Virus record (IMG/VR): IMGVR_UViG_3300045988_029143
Location: 1 to 11,001 of that record
Reading direction: 5' to 3' (one strand)
DNA: 11,001 bases
Source of the DNA: a virus
Made by a program: the position numbers and the translations under genes. Positions 1 through 6,597 of this stretch are shown in pieces (the first letter of the stretch is position 1; every line of letters begins with the position of its first letter). The notes beneath the pieces were generated by a model. The model did not search any database. It was given only the letters and a program-made list of their open reading frames with translations, and was not told the origin of the DNA.

Positions 1-101
1 AAATATGCACAACGCCCCCATTTTTAACATTTCCCAACACATTTTTAACAGTAGCCAACATAGTTTGGCACGCTTTTTGCATAGGCCGTGCCAAACCTCC
101 A
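1..101. repeat. Left inverted terminal repeat (101 bp)
   Basis: Manual alignment: positions 1-101 equal the reverse complement of 10901-11001 except position 20 (A, versus C expected from G at 10982). Identity stops abruptly at 102. The repeat begins AAATATGCAC. Confidence 0.95.
66..81 (+). promoter_or_regulatory. sigma-54-like -24/-12 motif copy 1, inside the left ITR and pointing inward; alternatively an origin protein-binding site
   Basis: TGGCAC(66-71) GCTTT TTGCA(77-81) is an exact match to TGGCAC-N5-TTGCW. It is embedded in the 9-bp inverted repeat TTTGGCACG(64-72)-N14-CGTGCCAAA(87-95). Confidence 0.35.
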
Positions 102-107
102 CGAAGA

Positions 108-143
108 AATAAAAAAATAGCGTACCAAAAGAGTTGGCACGCT
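108..143 (-). terminator. Intrinsic terminator after the last (tail) gene
   Basis: The minus-strand RNA forms AGCGUGCCAA-CUCUU-UUGGUACGCU, a 10-bp stem with one G-U pair, followed by AUUUUUUUAUUU. It lies 15 nt downstream of the stop codon at 158-160. Confidence 0.7.
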
Positions 144-150
144 ATTTGCA
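135..150 (+). promoter_or_regulatory. sigma-54-like -24/-12 motif copy 2 (subterminal, outside the ITR, pointing inward)
   Basis: TGGCAC(135-140) GCTAT TTGCA(146-150) is an exact consensus match. The extended motif TTGGCACGCTATTTGCATAGG is shared with copy 1. It overlaps the terminator hairpin of the last gene and would fire antisense to it. Confidence 0.3.
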
Positions 151-157
151 TAGGTCG

Positions 158-1981
158 TTAATCTATAAAAACACCGCTCTGCAATAAATTAACAATTTCG
201 GTGTACTCGCTTTTCGGCACGTTGTCTATATCGTTATTTACAATCTCATCAAATTTGTAAAAACCCTTTGCACATTGCGAAAGTACAACTTTTTTATAGT
301 CATTGCCGCGTACATAGTTATACTCATTGGTGAAGTAATTCAGCCGCGCAAATGGCTCAAGGCCATATAAATTTTGTGCGTCCCACCTATCACTACCTAT
401 TACGGACGTGTCATAAGTAGTGTAAAGTATATCCGTATTAGGTTGTACGTTATGTAATTGTATGGGTAAATCGTTATTATCCAACAATTTACAAACCCCG
501 TCACCACTAATTACATTAATATCGTACACCAATTTTACAGATTTACCGACATAGTCAGAAGACAAACTAACGATACCAACGAACGGCAAAAATACCTCAA
601 TAAGCATATGTTTGTCAAGCGTTGTGTTATCTTTACGCGGTATTGTTATGCTGCCAAAATCAAGCGTTATTATATCCTTTTCGGGTAAATCTGCGTTTAT
701 CTCGGTGTCATAGTTACCGCATTTTATTCGGTCAGTGCCTTTTGTAGGTATGTGTGTATAAATACGCTTAATTCGGTTAACGTATTCGCTCAAATCTTGT
801 TCGTACGTAATAAATGTGCCGCTTTCAGTGAAGTACCTCTTTTTGCTAAAGGCTTCGAGGTTATCAAGCGTAACTACATACACATTGATAGCACCATAAT
901 TTTTAATACTTGGCTGCACCTCCACTTTCGCCCCTCCACGAAATTCGATGTACTCAGTTTTGGGACATTCGGCCGCAATATCAAGTGTAACGTTACCATG
1001 TTTGCCGTCTTCGCTAATCGTGAAACGTTTGTATTGTACACCTCCGAACTCGTCCGTATATCTTATTTCGGGTGGGTCTGTCTCGCTTGTAAACTTACTA
1101 CCCTCATTTGCTTGTATTGTAACGTTTACTTTGTCGGCCGCGGTGTAGTAGGTGGGTATATTTTCGGCCGTACAATTATACAAAGTATTTTTAACGGGTA
1201 TAGCCTTAATATAAGTACCATTAATAACCACGGACACAGAAGTATCTACATTTGTTAATGAGATATTTGCGGTGTCGCTGCTCTGTATGGTCATTGCATC
1301 AGTATGTGAAACACCGCCTGTATCTGTGTATGTAACGTTTGCCGCGGTTATAACATAGCCTCTTTTTGTACCCTTTAGTGTTACGTTGAAAGTACCATTA
1401 TCGTACGTATATGTGGCCGTTGTATCTGCTATGTTATTTGTTATGGTAATCGTTGGTGTACTCTCCGCAACCTCCCCGTTTAATGTAAAAGCACTATTTT
1501 TTGCGGCATCCTCTATGGTAAAAGTAGCCTTGCTTTTGTCCGTACTTATTACCCCGTCAACGCTTGACGTACCCCCGAAACTATCAATATAAACACATTT
1601 AGGTGCTGTGTTAAACTGATGCCCCGTATCAGCGGTAACTACAATGGTATGTACGCCACCGCTTACACTATATGTATAAGTAGTATTAGTTATATTATTT
1701 GTTATCGTTGGTTCTGCGGGGGCGTCGGGGTCGGCCTTAGTAGCCCCCGTTAAACGTATATTTGTGCCACTAACACCGCTAAAAGTACACGTTTTTAGGT
1801 CGGTAGATACTTTGCCCTTTATGCTGCTGCTCCCGAAATCATCATCAAAACGCGCTCGCGGTGTTGTCGCTGTATCAAACAAAAAACCCGTGTCCGCGGT
1901 ACTAACAATATTATAACCCCCTACACTCTCCGTGTATGTGAATGTAGTGTGTGGGATTTGGTTTGTTATTATATCTGCCAT
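158..1981 (-). CDS. Tail protein: four N-terminal tandem beta-rich repeats (about 88 aa each) fused to a phi29 gp9 tail-knob-like C-terminal region
   Basis: 607-aa ORF with an ATG start. Repeats begin ITNQIPHTTFTYT, ITNNITNTTYTYS and ITNNIADTTATYTY, sharing TADTG and DxFGG features. The C-terminal segments LPFVGIVSLSSDYVGKSVKLVY and NDIDNVPKSEYTEIVNLLQSGVFID resemble phi29 gp9 [22 protein letters not shown] and GDINNNDLQEIRTIFDNGITLW (from memory). Confidence 0.75.
   Translation of the reverse strand: MADIITNQIPHTTFTYTESVGGYNIVSTADTGFLFDTATTPRARFDDDFGSSSIKGKVSTDLKTCTFSGVSGTNIRLTGATKADPDAPAEPTITNNITNTTYTYSVSGGVHTIVVTADTGHQFNTAPKCVYIDSFGGTSSVDGVISTDKSKATFTIEDAAKNSAFTLNGEVAESTPTITITNNIADTTATYTYDNGTFNVTLKGTKRGYVITAANVTYTDTGGVSHTDAMTIQSSDTANISLTNVDTSVSVVINGTYIKAIPVKNTLYNCTAENIPTYYTAADKVNVTIQANEGSKFTSETDPPEIRYTDEFGGVQYKRFTISEDGKHGNVTLDIAAECPKTEYIEFRGGAKVEVQPSIKNYGAINVYVVTLDNLEAFSKKRYFTESGTFITYEQDLSEYVNRIKRIYTHIPTKGTDRIKCGNYDTEINADLPEKDIITLDFGSITIPRKDNTTLDKHMLIEVFLPFVGIVSLSSDYVGKSVKLVYDINVISGDGVCKLLDNNDLPIQLHNVQPNTDILYTTYDTSVIGSDRWDAQNLYGLEPFARLNYFTNEYNYVRGNDYKKVVLSQCAKGFYKFDEIVNNDIDNVPKSEYTEIVNLLQSGVFID
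917..1972 (-). repeat. Protein-level tandem repeats (4 units, aa 4-355 of the tail protein), probably Ig-like or adhesin-type modules
   Basis: Units 1 and 2 align along their whole length by eye. Units 3 and 4 are more diverged but keep the ITNN..TT.TY start and the YTD.(F)GG core. Confidence 0.7.
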
Positions 1982-1982
1982 A

Positions 1983-2423
1983 CTATTTATTACCTTTAAG
2001 TGTTACCATTATTATACTACCCTCTTTGTCAAATAGTTGTGAATTGGGAAAGTGCAAAATATCAGTTTTAGGGAAAACATTAAACACGTTACTATTTACT
2101 GACAAATTGCGGTTAGGGTTGTCGCTCTCCACTATTAACGCGGTGCTTTGCAAAATAACATCTTTGTAAGTCTGTAGTACATCAAGCGACAAAGTAAGTA
2201 AATACGTATTACCACCTATGTACCTAACGTTGTCAACAAAGTAATATTTTTGGAAATCCTCAATGTACACGTAATTAAACCCGTACATATTAGGTGGCAT
2301 TTGTATTTTTAGCGTTGGATTATGTACATTAAGTTCGGGGCGCAAAGCAACGTTAAGCGTGCCTAACGGGGTAAGTGCTTTGTTTATCGTGTTAGGTTGC
2401 CCCTTATAGTTATATATTATCAT
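1983..2423 (-). CDS. Tail knob N-terminal domain homolog (phi29 gp9 N-terminal-like), encoded as a separate 146-aa ORF
   Basis: FNYVYIEDFQKYYFVDNVRYIGGNTYLLTLSLDVLQTYKDVILQSTALIVES aligns with phi29 gp9 [57 protein letters not shown] (from memory). The TAG stop is followed one nucleotide later by the ATG of the next ORF. Confidence 0.7.
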   Translation of the reverse strand: MIIYNYKGQPNTINKALTPLGTLNVALRPELNVHNPTLKIQMPPNMYGFNYVYIEDFQKYYFVDNVRYIGGNTYLLTLSLDVLQTYKDVILQSTALIVESDNPNRNLSVNSNVFNVFPKTDILHFPNSQLFDKEGSIIMVTLKGNK

Positions 2424-2429
2424 AGTAGT

Positions 2430-2462
2430 AAAATAAAAAAGGTGGTGTTTATTACACCACCT
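2430..2462 (-). terminator. Intrinsic terminator after the major capsid gene
   Basis: The minus-strand RNA forms AGGUGGUGU-AAUAA-ACACCACCU, a perfect 9-bp stem (2440-2448 with 2454-2462), followed by UUUUUUAUUUU. It lies 21 nt after the MCP stop. Confidence 0.8.
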
Positions 2463-2482
2463 TGAGCCACAATATTAACTAA

Positions 2483-3655
2483 TTAAGCAACAAAGAAAAC
2501 TACAAAATTTTCGTTAGTATCGTTGAAGTAGCCAGCGTCAAACTTATAGTAGTTATTAAAGAACTCGGCCTTTGCGTTATAGTTAGTAGTTACGCGGCGG
2601 TTGAGGTTGCACACACCCAACGCATCGCGGTCAAACATAACACCTAAAACACCGCTAATGTCAACGGTTTTGCCGCCCGTCTCCTTAATGGTAATGTGTG
2701 CCGTACTTGCAAAATCGTACTTTGCACCGCTACCCTGCCAAAATGGTACACTTTCGGCATTCGGCAAAAGCACCTGTTCTTTGTTGTATGTATCGCTGTA
2801 CAAGTAAGCACGGGCCGCCTTTTCGAAGTCAGAGAGTAACACAACGTGTAAGTTTTCGCGAGGTGTAAAGCGTGGCTTACCTCCAATGTTAAATACACTT
2901 GAAATGCTCGCGAGTCTATCCGTGTACAAACCAATTGTGTAACTTGCAAACTTGATGAAATCGGGGTCTGTAAGTGCCTTTTCAGCGGTCAAAGTAGTGC
3001 TTTTGTTATCGTTGTACAACTTAAGCAAGTTAACGCAACGGGCGGTGCTACCTGTTTTGTAGTCTGTGCTACCATCACCACCAAAGGCCGCTCTGTCAGC
3101 TATCAAAGTTTGCGCTATCATGTTATTGATAGTACGCATAATTAACGCGTCCGTCTTAATGGTAATAGACTTTTCCACCGCGTTGTAAATCATAGACAAA
3201 AACGCGTTAAGTTGCTCAGCGTTAGAAAAACTATCTTTTACTTGACGCTCAGTGATAGACACGGGGACTTCGAAAGTTACGCGAGAATTGAAGAACTTTG
3301 CCGTAACTGTTGGCTTGTGAAATACATCTTGTGAGTATACCTCGCCGTCCGTTAGCTCCCAACTCTTATTCTCTTCGGCTTCGGGTAGGTCTGCGCTAAT
3401 CTTTTCGAGTACAGAGCCAAACTCCCAAGCGTCCATAAGTACAGAGGGAATTTTGCCTGCGTACGGGCGATTTACAAAAACCACCTTACCAATATGGTTA
3501 ACAAGTGATTTTACGTAATTGTCGACCGCGTTTTGGTTAAAGACCTCATTACCGAGGTCTACCAACCCCGTTAAATCATCGCTAACAAGTTCGGAGTTAC
3601 CTAAAACCTCTTTTGACACTGAATTTATCAGCGTGTAAATTTGTTTTACTTCCAT
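2483..3655 (-). CDS. Major capsid protein, phi29 gp8-like (HK97 fold expected)
   Basis: 390 aa. YVKSLVNHIGKVVF matches phi29 FITSLVDRIGLVVI, AFLSMIYNAVEKS matches SFVSSIINAIYNS, and the C-terminal NNYYKF...VVFFVA matches WNYYYHV...AVAFV (phi29 sequence from memory). It has its own upstream promoter-like motif and a downstream terminator. Confidence 0.88.
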   Translation of the reverse strand: MEVKQIYTLINSVSKEVLGNSELVSDDLTGLVDLGNEVFNQNAVDNYVKSLVNHIGKVVFVNRPYAGKIPSVLMDAWEFGSVLEKISADLPEAEENKSWELTDGEVYSQDVFHKPTVTAKFFNSRVTFEVPVSITERQVKDSFSNAEQLNAFLSMIYNAVEKSITIKTDALIMRTINNMIAQTLIADRAAFGGDGSTDYKTGSTARCVNLLKLYNDNKSTTLTAEKALTDPDFIKFASYTIGLYTDRLASISSVFNIGGKPRFTPRENLHVVLLSDFEKAARAYLYSDTYNKEQVLLPNAESVPFWQGSGAKYDFASTAHITIKETGGKTVDISGVLGVMFDRDALGVCNLNRRVTTNYNAKAEFFNNYYKFDAGYFNDTNENFVVFFVA

Positions 3656-3656
3656 T

Positions 3657-4226
3657 TTAATATATTAATTTGGTTATGTCATTTATAATTGCAAAAATAA
3701 TGCTTTTGCGCCAATTTTGCAAACTAAATTCAATTTCTTTTGTTAGTTCGTCCGTTGGTGACTTCGAGCCAAGACCTACAACCTTTTGTGTACTCGTGAC
3801 ATTGTTAGTACGTGTATTGTCGTACGTTGTACTATCTTTGTCATACTCCACAAAATCCGTTGCGTTGTATGGCTTGTTAGACGCTACATTTGTATTGTTA
3901 TTGTTGGCGTTTTCGGTGGTCTTATCCTCCCTCGTGGTTTGCTGCTGTACAGGGTTAAGTACATCATATTGGGCATTGTAGGCACTCGCCACGCGTACCC
4001 AATTACTAACACTCAACGCAATTATATTTTTAATGTATTCGTTTGCGTTGGTTTGTGTTATGGTGTTAATACACTCGCGCTCGCTGTAGTTGAGTAGTAC
4101 AAGCGTATCAAGTCCCACACTATCCATGTCACCAAATATTGCAGCGTATTCTGTGGGATAGTTAGGCTTAAATACCGCTGTAAATAGGCCGTGTTTAGGG
4201 TCGGGGTAAAGGTCAATTATCTTCAT
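3657..4226 (-). CDS. Hypothetical virion morphogenesis protein (scaffold or head-tail adaptor, by position only)
   Basis: 189-aa ORF between portal and capsid genes. It is the only gene with a strong SD (AAAGGAGGAAGAAA before the ATG). The centre is N/T/Q-rich and low complexity. I recognise no motif. Confidence 0.8.
   Translation of the reverse strand: MKIIDLYPDPKHGLFTAVFKPNYPTEYAAIFGDMDSVGLDTLVLLNYSERECINTITQTNANEYIKNIIALSVSNWVRVASAYNAQYDVLNPVQQQTTREDKTTENANNNNTNVASNKPYNATDFVEYDKDSTTYDNTRTNNVTSTQKVVGLGSKSPTDELTKEIEFSLQNWRKSIIFAIINDITKLIY
3692..3723 (-). promoter_or_regulatory. Bacteroides-type promoter (-33 TTTG, -7 TAnnTTTG) upstream of the capsid gene
   Basis: The minus strand reads TTTG(3723-3720)-20 nt-TATTTTTG(3699-3692). 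The -7 box ends 36 nt upstream of the MCP ATG at 3655. The motif lies inside the 3' end of the preceding gene. Confidence 0.5.
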
Positions 4227-4242
4227 TTTCTTCCTCCTTTTC

Positions 4243-5235
4243 TTAGTCCGTTTCGTTTTCCGTTTCGGTCTCCGTTTCGGTCTCTGTTTCGGTTTCCGTT
4301 ACTTCCTTTTCTTCCTGTTCAGCAACGCTTTCGCCAATAGTAGAAGTATTATCTTTATTATCTTCATTTTCTGTTTCTGTTTTGGTTTCGTCCTTGCGTA
4401 TCGCCCAACTACTTGCAAGTTCCACACTAATTCCAGTGCCAAACATAGCGTTTATTTTTTCCACCGCCTTTTTGCGCTCTTGTAGCATATTGTCTACATA
4501 CGGGTTGAGGGCATCTACATTCATTTGCACCTCACTTGTATTCAGTCGCTCGCGCTTTAGGTTGTAGTTGGCGTTTAGGCCAATTTCGTTAAACGCAGAC
4601 GCTTTGAAATATTGAAGTAATTCAATGAGTTGCGTTATTTGGTTCGCGCTCTGCGTGGAAATGCTTTGCAAGTTCACGCCCTTAAAAAATGCGTTTTCGC
4701 CTATTACGGAAAAATCTCCTTGCAAAATCTTTGTTATAAAATCGTCCGCGCTTTGTTTGGTCTTGTCATCGCTCGCACTTATTAACATGGTGATACGAGA
4801 GAGTACAGAGCAAGTATTGAGCGACAAAAGCGTATCACTACACAAAACGCCATATTTGCCGAAAATCGGCAAAAGGCTATTTGCGCCACTATCATTTTTA
4901 ATCAATACCCCCTCCACGTCTATTTTGTACGACTTGTTTAGGTTTAGGTATGGGTTACTTACAATGTATTCGGTCGCTTCGTTGTACGCGTTGGGGACAC
5001 CTCCAAGGCCGCCAGTAAAAGCATATATTTTGCCGTCTACCTCAGTTACAAAAACATTGCCGTTGGTCTGTAGTAGGTTTTCCAAATTGTTTTGGGGTAA
5101 CGTTTCGGGCAGACCTTTGTACTCAAACATTGCTTGTGTTATGGCTAACATTTTGCGTATGTAACCTTTTACACTTTTGTCTTTATTTTTTATTTCCTCT
5201 TGATACTTCAAGTACAAGTTATCTTTCTTTGCCAT
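4243..5235 (-). CDS. Portal / upper collar connector protein, phi29 gp10-like
   Basis: 330 aa. [25 protein letters not shown] matches phi29 [48 protein letters not shown] matches [21 protein letters not shown], and [10 protein letters not shown] matches ACEKINELYG (from memory). The C-terminal tail is acidic. Confidence 0.88.
   Translation of the reverse strand: [330 protein letters not shown]
4247..4306 (-). repeat. 12-nt tandem repeat (about 5 units) encoding the (Thr-Glu)n tail of the portal
   Basis: Plus-strand units are tccgtttcgttt, tccgtttcggtc, tccgtttcggtc, tctgtttcggtt and tccgttacttcc. They translate on the minus strand to [20 protein letters not shown]. Confidence 0.9.
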
Positions 5236-5425
5236 TTGTCAATGTTTTTATAAGTGTGCTTAACTCGCTCAAAACTCGGGTGTTATCCTCCAAAGTAGTG
5301 CGTAAATTGTCGGTTTCTTCCTTGTGCTGCTCATCGTGTTTTGTCATGTAGTAAAATACAATTAAGCACATCGCAATCGGAAAGCCTACGTTTGAAATCA
5401 TTTGTGTAACTTGTGTAATATCCAT
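5219..5425 (-). CDS. Small single-pass membrane protein (YvrJ-like; holin candidate)
   Basis: 68 aa. The N-terminal hydrophobic segment SNVGFPIAMCLIVFYY is followed by a charged helical tail. The NVGFPI motif recalls the YvrJ small-protein family (from memory). It overlaps the portal gene by 17 nt. Confidence 0.65.
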   Translation of the reverse strand: MDITQVTQMISNVGFPIAMCLIVFYYMTKHDEQHKEETDNLRTTLEDNTRVLSELSTLIKTLTNGKER

Positions 5426-5449
5426 TTTGTAAGGTGTTATTAATTACTG

Positions 5450-5481
5450 CAAATATACGAAAGTTATTTTATACTTACAAT
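5450..5481 (-). promoter_or_regulatory. Possible Bacteroides-type promoter for the structural gene block (good -7 box, imperfect -33)
   Basis: The minus strand reads ATTG(5481-5478)-20 nt-TATATTTG(5457-5450). The -7 box ends 24 nt upstream of the ATG at 5425, in the only intergenic gap between the ATPase and the late genes. Confidence 0.3.
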
Positions 5482-6594
5482 GTTGGTCTTTGCCGAAGTC
5501 ATTAAATAATTTCGCACAATTTCGCCAACCTCATTATTTTGGTAAAATACTTTGTCCGTGGCAAAATACCGCGCTACTTGACTCTCTAAATACGTCGCAC
5601 TACTTATTAATTTGCGCTTGTAGTTTGGTTTCCCGTTCATCGTTAGGCTGTATATTAGTGAGTTTTCGGGGTCTTTTATTGGGGTAGTCTTCATGTGAAT
5701 GTATGTAAAATTTTCGCCCCCGTGCTGTATTATGTTGCCTTGCAAAATATATTCGTTGAATACAATGTAATACACAAAAAGCACGTCATTTGGTTTGTAC
5801 TTCGTTGGCAAATGTGGATAGGCGGCCATTTCCCATTTGCCGCCCGTTATCATTTCCAAATTTTGATTATCAAAACAAAAGTACTTATTACTTGCTTTTT
5901 GTTTAACAATGGTACTGCAATACTCCACCGCTACCACCGCGCCATGTTGCCCAAACTTGTATATGTCAATAGTGCCTTGCTCCATGTTAGTTACTTGCTT
6001 TAGGCCCATTTCCGTGAAGTAAGGGCAAAACTTATTTATTGTGTTGCCCAACATAAATACTTTTACGTTGTCGCGCTGTCGTATTATGGTACTTAAAAGG
6101 TTCATATACAACATGAACTCATCGGGTAGGTAGTACCTACGAGTTAAAAACTCATCAAAAACGATTGTTGTAACGTTGGGGTAACTGCTACTTTTTTCAT
6201 GCTCTTGTTCTGACAGACAAAAGCCATAGCAAAAGGGTGTAGTTTGCGGTACGTACTTCTTTTTTTCGGGGTCATATTTTGCAAGATACCATTTGCCACC
6301 GATATAAAATACCGCGTTAAACTCCCCCTTTGTTATTTCTTCTATGTACCCGTTGGCCACGTGGTTAGTAAATAGATTTTCTGCACGTTTGCCGCGTAAA
6401 TCCTCGCGCCACCTACGTATATAGGCCATTTGTTCGCCCGTCTGTAAATAGCGTTTAATTCCATACGCTAAAGTAGCGTATGTTTTGCCATTCGAACGCT
6501 CGCCAAATATTATGTTATAATCAGCCTTTTTGTTTAGGATATTGGCGAGGGAGTAAAATTTTATCGTTTCTTTCTTATTTGTTTCTTTCTTCAT
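5464..6594 (-). CDS. DNA packaging (encapsidation) ATPase, phi29 gp16-like
   Basis: 376 aa. Walker A is GERSNGKT (nt 6481-6504) and Walker B-like is TTIVFDEF. Size and single-subunit organisation are typical of protein-primed podophage packaging ATPases. Confidence 0.8.
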   Translation of the reverse strand: MKKETNKKETIKFYSLANILNKKADYNIIFGERSNGKTYATLAYGIKRYLQTGEQMAYIRRWREDLRGKRAENLFTNHVANGYIEEITKGEFNAVFYIGGKWYLAKYDPEKKKYVPQTTPFCYGFCLSEQEHEKSSSYPNVTTIVFDEFLTRRYYLPDEFMLYMNLLSTIIRQRDNVKVFMLGNTINKFCPYFTEMGLKQVTNMEQGTIDIYKFGQHGAVVAVEYCSTIVKQKASNKYFCFDNQNLEMITGGKWEMAAYPHLPTKYKPNDVLFVYYIVFNEYILQGNIIQHGGENFTYIHMKTTPIKDPENSLIYSLTMNGKPNYKRKLISSATYLESQVARYFATDKVFYQNNEVGEIVRNYLMTSAKTNIVSIK

Positions 6595-6597
6595 TGT

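Noticed and set aside
64-95. Resemblance of ITR elements to adenovirus origin sites (NFI half-sites TTGGC/GCCAA and an Oct-1-like ATGCAAA(A/T) octamer, also at 10793-10800)
   Set aside because: The half-site spacing is wrong for NFI (22 nt here versus 5). All proteins are bacteriophage-like, and eukaryotic factors are irrelevant in a bacterial host. I treat it as coincidence arising from the TTGGCAC/TTGCAT motif.
752-1258. Plus-strand ORFs in the track (for example 752..1258, 3670..3981, 4625..5164, 5695..6003, 7642..7965, 8455..9069, 9847..10047)
   Set aside because: Each lies wholly inside, and antisense to, a longer minus-strand gene with recognisable phage motifs. Their translations are Cys/Phe/Leu-rich low-complexity strings typical of shadow ORFs, and none has upstream signals.
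1962-1985. Read-through or recoding of the single TAG stop (1983-1985), the only TAG stop in the genome, to fuse the two tail-knob ORFs
   Set aside because: Continuing in the same frame past the TAG gives only 23 more codons before a TAA, and that frame is not the frame of the 607-aa ORF. TAG recoding would therefore not join them. A +1 shift remains formally possible, but no known slippery motif is evident.
2644-2949. Minus-strand 101-aa ORF overlapping the capsid gene in another frame
   Set aside because: It is fully nested in the well-supported MCP gene. Its Arg/Cys-rich composition is implausible, and no start context or motif supports it.
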